From Azolla caroliniana (taxonomy: Eukaryota > Plantae > Polypodiophyta), in contig JBHGNT010000003.1 in the NCBI GenBank assembly GCA_043228905.1, positions 10,788,001 through 10,852,000 on the forward strand: a stretch of 64,000 bases of DNA, read 5' to 3'. Shown one piece after another: positions 39,301-50,016 of the stretch. A program made the translations under genes and the position numbers. The notes beneath the pieces were generated by a model. It saw only the letters and a program-made list of their open reading frames with translations. It had not been told where the DNA came from and searched no databases. Numbering within the stretch: the first letter of the stretch is position 1; each line of letters opens with the position of its first letter.

Positions 39301-41688
39301 GAAGATAAAGCGGCGATGATCAAACTTCTCACGGAGTTTCGCGACGTATTCGCCTGGTCATATGAAGACATGCGAGGGCTGGACCCTCAATTATATCAGC
39401 ATCAGATCCACTTAGGCAAGGACGCGAAACCAGTGGCGCAAAGACGTTACCGAATGAACCCCAACTACGCCGCCAAAGTGAAGGAGGAAATCGACAAACT
39501 CCTAAGAGTGGGCTTCATCCGGCCGGTAAAGAAAGCGACGTGGCTGAGCCCCATCGTCGTCGTCCCAAAGAAGAACGGTAAAATCCGCGTGTGTGTAGAT
39601 TACAGGAAACTAAATGCAGCCACAATTACGGATGCATTCCCTCTTCCGTCACTTGGCTGACTTGGCTACACCATTACACACCGCGGTACATCGGACACCG
39701 TTCCAATGGACGGATACGGAGGATAAGGCATACAATGCCCTGAAGGTACTTTTGTCGCAAGCACCCGTCGTGCAGCCTCCGGATTGGAGCAAGGAATTTC
39801 ATGTGTTCGTTGACGCTTCCGACATCGCTATCGGCAGCGCCTTAATGCAACTTACGGAGACTAAATGGTACCGGCCGGTATATTACGCCAGCCGGAAGCT
39901 GTCCCAAGCGGAGAAGAACTATTCGACGACAGAACGGGAGGCCCTGGGCATGATCTACAGTGTCACAAAGTTTCGTCATTACCTATTGGGAAGGAAGTTC
40001 TCCTTTCATGTGGATCACTCGGCGCTCCTGTACTTAGTGTCCAAGGCGTCCCTGACCGGTAAGTTGGCCTGTTGGACCTTGCTGTTGCAGGAGTTCGAAT
40101 TCGAGATCTTTCACCGGCCCGGTATCCAGCATGCCGTAGCAGACTACCTGAGCCGGTTAGAGTCCGGAGAATCAGACGACGGAGTAGCGGATGAATTCCC
40201 GGACGCAGAGTTATTCCGTATCACCCCGGAAACGGCAGCGGACGACACGGTGGTATCAGAAGATAGGTGGCTGACAAACATGCACCAGTTCCTAAGCACG
40301 GGCCTGCCACCGGAGGAAATGAACCGGGACGAGAGGAAACGACTGGCGGTGCAGAGCCGCAATTTCTGTCTGTTACGGGACACTCTCTACCACAAAGGAG
40401 CAGATGGAATATGGAGACGGGCAGTCCGTAGTGACGAGAAACAAGTAATCTTACGGGAAGCACACTGTGGGGTTGCCGGAGGACACTATGCCGGGGAAGC
40501 GACGGCAAGGAAAGTATGGCAGAGCGGCTTGTGGTGGCCCACGACGTTAAAAGACGCCGTCAAGTATGCTAAGGAATGTGACCTATGCCAGCGAATTGGC
40601 CAGCCTACGGAGCAAGCACGGATGCCACACCAACCGGTACTTCCACTAGAGCCATTCCAGAAGTGGGGGTTGGATTTTGTCGGACCGTTCAAGCCACCGG
40701 CAATGAGAACGGGTAATCGTTATGTCATCGTGGCAACGGATTATTGCTCTAAATGGGTGGAAGCTAAGGCCCTGAGAGACAACACCGCGTCTCCACAGCA
40801 AAATTCCTGTACGAAAACGTTTGGTGCCGATATGGATGTCCGATTGAATTAATCAGCGACCAAGGAGGGCACTTCCTCGGCCAGGTAGTGGAAAGCTTAA
40901 CAACGTTCTATGCCGTGGTCCATAAACGAAGCACACCGTACTACCCACAGGCGAACGGGTTAGCAGAGTCCACCAACAAAACGCTGCAGAACATTCTCCG
41001 CAAAATCGTCAACGAAAACCGGACGGACTGGGATACAAAGCTCCATAGCGCGCTATGGGCGTACCGAACGGCATACAAAACAAGTATCCGGACAACGCCG
41101 TTCCGGTTAGCGTTCGGCTTAGAGGCGGTCATGCCGGTGGAATTTCAGGTACCAAGCTTACGGATCCAACTACGGGAACGGCTGAATGAAAAGAAGTCGG
41201 AGGAAATGCGGCTAGCAGCACTATGCGAACTGGAGGAGCAACGGCTGGCCAGCATCCTACACATGGAACTGGAGCAACGACGACGGAAAGCGTTCGTTGA
41301 CCGTCACCGGAAAGGTAATGAAAAGATGTTCGAAATCGGAAAGCCGGTGCTAGTATTCCAAACAAGGATGGGCAAGATGCCGGGTAAACTCCGGTTTAGA
41401 TGGACAGGCCCGTATTGGCTGACACGGGAATACAACGGGTCCTATCAGATTGGGACACTTGCCGGTGAAGTACTAGGCAAGTGGGTGAACGGATTTAGAC
41501 TAAAGCCCTATAAAGGACCAATGCCAAATAACCCGTTTATGCAGCCCACCGGCACTATACCGGGAACCTGTCCGGGAACGGTACGGATGGAAGAAAAAGA
41601 CGACGGGGAACCCGTAGCAGAGGCGAAGGAAGACACGGCAACCCGTAAGGAAAACGGTAAGGGTCCGAAGGGACCTACGGATGTGTAA
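36326..41688 (+). pseudogene. gag-pol of G with premature stops, frameshifts and RT-core deletion
   Basis: Gag (LEGPATRW..FAELKAKFLHFF..IRQEAGESI), three CCHC knuckles, VIDGGSGVN (PR), [25 protein letters not shown] (RT N-term), [12 protein letters not shown] (RH), HHCC, GLDFVGP and QANGLAESTNK (INT). Confidence 0.95.
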
Positions 41689-41702
41689 GGTCACACACCG
41701 TC

Positions 41703-41705
<3 letters not shown>

Positions 41706-41738
<33 letters not shown>
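41706..41738 (+). repeat. A33 homopolymer between pol and the extra ORF of G
   Basis: Directly visible. Confidence 0.95.
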
Positions 41739-41740
<2 letters not shown>

Positions 41741-42076
41741 TCATTAAAAATCGAGGTATGAACGGACGTGAAAGCAAGGAGCGAAAAGGTGCGTAGTGGG
41801 CATTTAAGAGCCGCCACATTGCTTAATACTAATTTGGTACACGACGTGCGCATGCTCGAAAAAGGCGCCAAGACGCACAGAGAAAAAGAAGAACGCATGG
41901 AGACCTTTTTTCGCGAGCCAAGAAGCACAGAAGCACCAAGGCAGTGGAAGCTTAGCAAACGCGAACCTGCACTCAGAGAAACCCCACGTTCGGAACGCTC
42001 TCTGTCTCGCTCCCTCTCTCGCTCTCACTCTCATCACCACTCTACCTCGCCATCTTTCCTCGACCTCGAAGCAGAC

Positions 42077-44746
42077 ATGGAACCACAAACGCTGTCGGAA
42101 GCGGCCAGGAAATGGTTCAGGCAACACGGACTGGACGGGTTCTTGACCATCATGGAGGCACCACCGCACAAAGAAGCCGACCAGGTCATCAAGGAGCTCG
42201 ACAAAGAAGTCATCACCGAGGAAGCGATCCGTGCGCTAACAGGCCTTCCAGAGGGAGGTATTTTTCAGATTGATAATCCAACCTCGGAGCAACTCACCCG
42301 ATATTTCGGTGAGTACTCTGTAGCCGGCAAAGGCTATCGAACGCAGGGCGGCGAAGATCCGCTGTTCAGGGAGATAGCTCGAGTGCTCCATGAGTACGGC
42401 CACGTGTACCCCCGACCCCCTGTCATGCCAAAAAATCGGGCAGGGATGATCATAGCCACCTATGAAGGGATCCAGGTGGACTGGCCGGTGTTGATTGCAG
42501 ACGGTTTGTGCGCGGCAATCGACATGGTACGAGGAAAGGACGGCAAGGAGGGCCGGAAGCTGTGGCATGCCGTAGCTCAGTGGATAACATTGCTCGTGCC
42601 GCCGGTCGAGACCGTTCAGCCAAAGAAGCGGCCAAGATTATCGGAAGGAAGCACCTCGAAACCCGCGTCCAAACGATAGCAGCTGCTGGCGTCGAAGGCG
42701 ACGAAAGGGAAGAAACGGCTCCTAGTACCGGAGGAGGTGTCACCGGTGGGACCCGTTAAGATAACCATACGGCGACCGGGACAGAAGGAACCAGAACCCT
42801 TGACGGCACGGAAACATGCCGTTACCCAGGAAGAGGAAACGGAGGAGCCAGAAGAGCACCTCCAACGACGGTCAAGAAGTAGGACCGCCGGGACAGCGGG
42901 GGAGCGTTCGGACCCGCAGAAGGAAGAAACGCCCCCAACTCAACCTGAGCAAACCGCAAGGGAGGAACCGGAACCGGTGCGTGTGGAACCGGCCTTGTCG
43001 ACTTCTATACCAGAAGTCATTCCAACGGCTCCGGAGACGGCGAGAACCGGAACTCAACAGCCGGCGAGCCCAGCCAGCACACACGGCGGCCAAGAAGTAG
43101 AACTAGAACGGCAGATACAGGCACTCAGGCCAGACAATTCCACAGTGAACGAGCCGAACCGACCAGTACAGCAGCAAGGCACCAGTAGCATGTGGCTACG
43201 GTGTGTAGGTGAGCAGATCGCCGGAGCGGTCGAGTACATAGAGGCGGAGGAGAGAGCGCACAACGAACGGTTGCTCGTCACAACCGTAGATCTAGAGACG
43301 GCCCGGTCCAGAATCCAGAGCCTTGAACAAGACTTGGACAGGGTCACAAGGGAAATGGCTCAATTGGCTTTGACAACACAAGTCCAAGCACCGGTGACTC
43401 CGGGCAACGTACAGAATAAAGCGTCAGATCAACCTGTACATAGCAATCAGACCCCGGCAACGGAAACCGTTCCGGAGAGAAATGCGGCACAAGCCCAAGA
43501 GCTTGCGGACTTAAAGGATGAGCTAGCTGCCCAAGAAGCGCCGAGGAGCCGTGAAAGAGAGTTGAAGACGGCATCGGAGGCAGAACTCAAAAAGACTGCT
43601 GAGAATCTACGCCGGGCTGAGGAGAGCTTACGGAAAGGCCACCAAGCGTACGACCGGCTCAAGGAGGGAAAGGAGAAAATGCTGCAAGAGAAGGACAGAC
43701 TCCGGAGGAACGCCAAAATAGAAGTAGAGCGCCTGAAAGAGGAACTCCGGCAGGTAAAGGACCGAGAGGACCGGAACCATCGCCAGATCAACGGCAAGCT
43801 CAAACAAAAAACGGAGGAATTTGAGCACTTGCACCGGGAGTATAAATGGTTGCAAACGGAGCACAAGGAACGGACGGATGAGCTCCGGCAAGCAGTTGAT
43901 CGGACCGCAACGACATACGCTAATGAACAAGCGGAAAACAGAAGACGGTTGGAAGAGGCGGAGAAGGTTCGGACAGAGCTCCTCAGGCAACAGCAAGCGG
44001 AAAAAGAAAGAGCGGCGGAGGTACTGCAGAGGCTGCAGACGACATATCAAGGGCAGCTGACGCGCTACAGAGAGCAGGCGGAGGATACGGCGAATCTCAT
44101 CAAGCAGTTGAAGGAGGAACGACAAGTTGTGGAAAGTAGAGCGCAAATGGGAGCAAGTCGCATCCAGGATATAATGCGGGCCTGGTTGAACCAGACCAAG
44201 AGCTTGATTGACAATGGGTCCGTCAAATGGTGGACCAAGTGGGCCACGAACGCGGCGGAACTCCAATTGCTCCGGGCCGACGTAGAGAACCGGCGGAAGG
44301 AGGGGGATGATTGCTATATGCTGACTTCCGAAGACTTCACCGGCATAAGAGATGAGCTGGCCGAAGACTTTCAAGCCTTGGCAGAGGACCAACTAGGGCA
44401 AGTCCGGCAACTTGTAGCTCAGCTGGACGACGACAGGCTGGAGGCGCAGATCCAGTTTGAAAGCTACGAGAGGTCCCGGATCCGGGAAGAGAAAGCACGA
44501 GAACCGGTTACGGTCAACCTCAGTGATGAGGAACTGTTACTGGAAGGAGACCGGACCGGTAGCAGTCAAACGGAGATGCCGGAGTCAGAGAAACAAACGG
44601 AGCAGCCGCCTATAGAGCAGCCGGAGCAGCCGCAGTCCCAACCGCAACCACAGCAGCAGCAGCAAGCAGAGCCGCAACAACCACAACCGGAAGAACAATT
44701 GGAAAATCTGGAACAAAGTATTTTGGACAATTTGGGGGAACAATGA
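42077..44746 (+). pseudogene. Extra ORF of G: N-terminal plant-transposon (PF20167/PMD-like) domain plus long coiled coil; one in-frame TAG at 42677
   Basis: ORFs 41768-42679 and 42737-44746 are in the same frame. Motifs ITEEAIRALTGLP and RAGMIIATYEGIQVDWPVLIADGL; E/K/Q/R-rich region ~43240-44500. Domain call is from motif memory only. Confidence 0.7.
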
Positions 44747-45221
44747 AGGGGCCGAGAAGGGTTCGACGTACAAGGTACTGTCCCACGGGCGTGCCATGTG
44801 TTACCGGCCGGCAAGGAGTCCAAAATACGGAGTGAAGGAATTAATTAAGTATGGTTGTAAATAAGCATAGTGTGGACGGACGGACTGGAAACGGTATGCC
44901 GTTCCAGATCCGGACGGATCCCGAATGGGTGCGATAGGCACCGTTTTGTACTACGGGCCGGAAACCTATTTAAAGGCCCGGACCCCATTGAAATCGGAGC
45001 GGATAATTAATAGAGCATATGGTGTTTATACTTCTGTGTTGATTTCCGTTCTGTAATTACTGTTATATCTTACGCGTGTAATTAACCAAGCATTCTAATC
45101 GTGTAACTTACGTAAGTCGGTGTAATCGTTGAATCTTAATCCTATGCCGTAATCACCCTTTGGTGAAGTGTCTCCGTGACACCTTGTGTTAGGCCTTGTC
45201 CGGCCAGCGAATAACACCATT

Positions 45222-46230
45222 CGGACGTTATTGTTCATGGCTACCCCATCTCCAATCGCGGAAGCCTCGATTACGCTTGCCGCCTCCTCTTTCTCGATGT
45301 CCTTGCCATCGTCTTGGTTGCCCGCCTTGCCGCCGCCACCGTTCGTCACTCTAGGTCTCACACCGGCTCTTAGGCCGGATGCCGGAGTCTCTAGAATCTG
45401 TGTGGGTAAGGTCCTGGCACCACCACTCGTCTCCTCCCCACTTGATGTTTCGGGCCACCGTGTCCCGAATCCTCCGCCCACTCTCGAAGTGGCGCTCCCC
45501 ACTTCATAGTCACCGGCCTCATCCATGGCCGCCCCTTTTCCCCAAGACGAGAGGGTCTCTTGCTCCGCACCCTCTCCCATGTCGTCGTCGTTGCTCACTC
45601 CTCGGGCCTCCGCATTGGCCCCATCGTCCACGCATAGGGAGGCTTCTTCCTCTGCATCCTCTGATCGTCTCCGACCCGACTCCATAATAAGCCCTTCTTC
45701 GGCTTTGAACTTCACCTTCATGATCTTGCACGCCTCTAGGTCGTACTTCTTCGGTTGATCGCGTGTCGAGCTCTCTTCCAGCAGTAGTGCGTAGCCGCTC
45801 ACCGCCCTCTCTTCTCCGCCGCTCGTGGGCCACGTTGTTGCCGACCGCTCCCCATCAGGTTGCAGGCATACCCACTCCGGTTTCGCATATCCGTATGCCT
45901 CCAATAGAGCTCCCTTAAAGGACTCCCACGACTTATCAGGTCCTTGAATCTCCATGACCTCTTTGTGCACCGATACGGCTGCCACTCGACGAAAATATTC
46001 TAGCCACATCGCTTCGTCCACGCCCCTCTTCATCATCTCGGCATTGTACGTTTCAAAGAACCTCGGGACATCATCCCCGTTGAATTGGCCGACTCGATCG
46101 ACCACCCTCTCCACGGCTTGTTGAGCCGCATCTTGCCTCGCCTTCCTCCGTCAGACATCCACCCTCTCGACGGCTTGTTGAGCCGCAAAGTCGAAGTCTT
46201 CGTCTTCAAACTCCGTCCTCCCTTGCTGCC
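45222..46230 (-). pseudogene. Gag-like coding region of E, interrupted by G
   Basis: GQFNGDDVPRFFETYNAEMMKRGVDEAMWLEYFRRVAAVSVHKEV..SWESFKGALLEAYG aligns by eye with the F gag. Confidence 0.72.
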
Positions 46231-46789
46231 TCTTCACGTCGGGTTCACCAAAGATGTCGCGGTATTCCACGAGTATGTGTAGGATCCGAGGTGGAACCAC
46301 AGGGGTCTTGGACTAGGGAGTAGAGGAGAAGGAATAGGACACAAAATGGAAGCTTAGCTCAAGAGGAGAAGAGGAAGAATAACACATTAACATATAATAG
46401 AATAGATGGAGGCAAGATACACCCACAAGACAAGAAACATCAACATGCTATATTAAGAGTTCACAAAAGATTACAACCAAGGCCGTATAAGCTGCACCCA
46501 AAACGACTACAAGAAAACCCTAACCCGATAAGTAAGCAAAGAAGCATAGAAACCCTAAAAGAAACCCTAGAAGAAACCCTAAAACCGAATAGAACCCCTC
46601 GACCTAAGTGGTATACCTCTCTCACTCAAAATAGGCAACCCCTTCACAAGTGACCCCTCCCTTCCTTTTATACTATTTTCCTACTATACATGTGCACATG
46701 TTGCACACCACCAACTTGCCCATTCTAACTCGGTTTCACACTATAGTCGAAAATCTTCACGACAACGTGTCATTAGTTTACAACGTGGG

Positions 46790-48720
46790 CTGACATATGC
46801 AATCTTTGTAATATTTAGCGTGGAATATAGTTGAAAATGAGACTCCCATCGGCCCAGCCACGTGTAGATTGCTTCTTCGGTTCTTTCCTTTTTTTCTCCT
46901 GTAAATGGCTTTACGACAAATGATGGTTCACCCTGACACTCATCGTTTCTATTAGTCTCACATTGTAAACTAATGACACGTGTCTCGAGAGCACTTTGAT
47001 ATTGTTGAAGTTCGAACATCTGATGTGCGGTTGAACTAAAGAAATGTTGTATTTGTAAAAAATACGACTGAAGTTCCTTCCGCTTGAGTGGATGATATCG
47101 GGTCGTTATTCTGAGCCATTGAACGATTATTTCTAGCAAAGAAATAGGATAAGGATAGGAAAATAGTCATAACATCAAGTCATGATGTAAGCATATCATG
47201 GGCAAACATTAATCGATATCATGATCTCACGTCAATACCCCTCTAGACGTATGAGAGTAGGTTGAAGATTAGGTTACTATGGTAACACAAAGGTATTTTA
47301 AAAACCATGGGGGTGACAAATGAATGTCTTTCCGTGATTTCTATATCGATTTTTTTCATGGCGGCTCGCCAAGGCTCAACCATGTATGTTCGCGTCATGA
47401 ATAGTTTATACACGAAAAAAATGTTAACAATAAACTATGTTTCTGTGCCCACGTATGTGGTTTCGGCTCTTTATGTCCAATTACGAGGACCCCGAACTAC
47501 ACTTAGACCTAAAGTTTAAACATGTATTATAGTCATACATATAATATTTGAACTCGAGACCTGGAGAACAAATGCATTAAACACTTGGCCTAACCAAATA
47601 GGTTGCTCGTGTTGAATGTTTAATATTTTATGCATATAACAGATATTCGAGGCATTTTCCCATATATGTTTTTTTTAAAAGAAACATATATGTCAAGAGT
47701 CCTTATTTCCCTCTCGTTTACCACAAACTATGTTGGTACATTACCTAACCTCAAGTCTCATAATTACGATGGCATACGTCAAAGTGTAACCTAATGGTCA
47801 AGCCAAATGAGCCGTATTTTCGTAGTAGGCCCACGTGGCCCATCACATGGTTACCTCATTCTGAATGCCTTTCAAAAGAATGATCTCATGGTGGCATCGT
47901 ATCCATGTAATGAGGGAGGGATGTTGGATATGTGTGTCATAGGATCGACCTCACATGAAGTGGGTCAACCCCTACATTCGTTACGTAACGAAACCGAAGT
48001 GACCAATAGGGATGTCAACCAAAACAAATTGTTGAAAAAAAGGATGGTGACTATGCCATTCTCAAAAACATGTGAGGACGGCCACCAAGGACAACATTCG
48101 ATATATAAACGTAATAACTAATATACACATACGTATATTTATCACACATATACGATCAAATACGTATCCACGTGACCACATATGTGTATATTAAGAATAA
48201 TCGTAACATCAAATAGCCAACATATGATGAAATCGAGACACGTAATCGAGGCATATAACCACTATGCACACAGAACATCCAATAATAATTGTTAATCATA
48301 ATACGCAATTAAGGTATTGACCTCTTACGCATACGATACCAAACACATATCATTTACAAAAAATCGAGGTATTGACCTCATATGCATACGTAACATATGT
48401 ATTTGAACATAATACGCAATTGAGGTATTAACCTCGTACGCATACGACACGAATCACATACACATATGTAAACGTTTTACACAACCAATTAATTACCACT
48501 ACAACATACACATAAATATATTTCAAATGAGGCATTGACCTCATACACATATTGACTGTATACGTGATTAGATGGGAGAAGGAAAAATAGAGAAAAAAAA
48601 CAAAAAAGAGTTACCGAAGTTTCTTTGTTGATCGTTATGTGGATCAAGGTCGACCGCATGTCGATCGATCACAATCCATCAAGAACACAAAAACAAACAA
48701 AGGAAACATTAGAAACATAT
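46790..48720 (-). other. Long 5' leader and gag start of D, with short repeats (gaggtattgacctc) at ~48310-48545
   Basis: Lies downstream of the PBS at 48721; ends in GEPSFVVKPFTGEKKERTEEAIYTWLGRWESHFQLY..KIAYVS. Confidence 0.85.
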
Positions 48721-49184
48721 GCTCGGATACCAACTGTTAGAGTTATGGTCTAACGTAAGCATATGATAAGGATAAAATATAGATAAACATAAGAAAGGAG
48801 AGAGAGAAAGAAGGGTGTCGATCCAACTGATCACCCCCGAGCGAAGGAATCGAGACTGAGCCTCAATTGGTGTCCCATACCCCTATCATGGCGTCGAGTC
48901 ATACCTGGTGCTGGCGTGCTTGCTACAAGAGTAAACCCACCACGAAACAGAGTCTCGACGTAGTCAAGATATGATGAAATGAGGGTAGCTAGGCCTCATA
49001 TTTATAGTGATACCCAAGGCTCCCAAGCAAGTTCACACTTGGCCTAATGGGTTGTCTCAATCCCGAGGATTAAAAGTAATCCTCCCCTTCTTTACATTCT
49101 CTTTCAACCCTCACACTTATCCACGTGTATAGAATACTAAGGTAAATTCTCACCACGTGATATTATATGGCCATGCTCGTAACA

Positions 49185-50016
49185 CCTGAAGCGCCCGCGA
49201 CAAAACAGTCACAATTCGCTGGGAAACGCAAGACATCCAATGAATTCATGGATGGCGATTGTAAGTAACAAAATCCTTTTTGCATATTTTGCAAAAGGAG
49301 GGTCATATAAAATAGCAATTTCGGAAGCTCCAATGAATAGAGCACGCCAACAAAACCAAAGTTGTAGACTATAAAGGTCAGATTCCTGATGTCCTTGAGG
49401 TCTATACACATCATTTAAGTAATTGTAAATTTCCTTCCCTCACTATGTATTGGGGCCCAATAATTTACTATGTCCAAATAGGTATATCAATGGATCTCCC
49501 GTACAATTCTTATTTGATTCGGGAAGCTCACACAACTCTAAATGATTGTTTGGTTCAGATCTGGGGAATCCAACCCACCGTAAGTGATCACACCTATAAG
49601 GTGCACTTGGCTTATGGAAGAGTACAATACATCACGAGGCGATTCATTCATTAGGAATTTCTATTTATCCTTGTATAGAGGAAGTAGACTTCCATTTTAT
49701 TCAATGTGTTAAAAAAACAATCTCTTTCAATTGTTTTCCCTCCATGAATATCTGAGTTGTCTTGTTCTTCTTTATTTTATTGTGTACTTGATCCAAATAT
49801 TCATGTTTATAATATTGATAGTGTCTCGGGTCATTTATCACATTTTGAACAACAACAATTCGATGAAATCTTAAATGATTTTCTTGATGTTTTTCAAAGT
49901 GAACTACCACATGGGTTACCTCCTAAACGTAATGTAGACCATCATATAGATATTGTACCTAGAGTTGCACCAATAAGTATAACTCTATATCACTTAAGTT
50001 GATCTAAAGAGAACGA
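49185..50016 (+). mobile_element. D0 continued (gag end, PR region, RT start); resumes at 54702-54748 after J
   Basis: EILNDFLDVFQSELPHGLPPKRNVDHHIDIVP. Across J the frame reads SKENE/VSKQAKDYLQMGYIR. Confidence 0.82.

Larger units (their letters stand above)
35855..45216 (+). mobile_element. Young non-chromovirus Ty3/gypsy element G (Athila/OTA-like) with a 3' extra ORF, nested in E
   Basis: 418-bp LTRs 35855-36272 and 44799-45216 with one mismatch seen. TSD CCATT. PBS tggcgaccac at ~36279 (tRNA-Arg-like). Order gag-PR-RT-RH-INT; no chromodomain. Confidence 0.96.
28847..46764 (-). mobile_element. Pol-less gag-only LTR element E (~3.5 kb net of inserts): 5' LTR 46255-46764, internally deleted 3' LTR 28847-29039
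   Basis: Both LTRs tgtcgcggtattccacgag...cttcacgaca. TSD ACGT at 28843-28846 and 46765-46768. PBS rc tcacgtcgggttcacca 46234-46250. PPT rc tccacccccaccaaacc after 29039. Confidence 0.9.
19629..49184 (-). mobile_element. Chromovirus Ty3/gypsy element D, host of nested H, I, E, F and G
   Basis: 5' LTR 48735-49184 (tgttagag...cgtaaca). 3' LTR split into 19629-19842 / 20449-20690 / 26375-26555. TSD CCTGA at 19624-19628 and 49185-49189. PBS rc gctcggatacca 48721-48732. PPT rc tactccccctc after 26555. Confidence 0.92.

Noticed and set aside
42737-44746. Extra ORF as a true envelope protein or captured myosin/SMC gene
   Set aside because: No signal peptide or transmembrane segment is visible, and coiled-coil composition alone is not evidence of homology.
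35855-45216. G as the autonomous partner of E, F and J
   Set aside because: Different termini (TGTTA..TAACA), Arg-like PBS, 5-bp TSD and a deleted RT.
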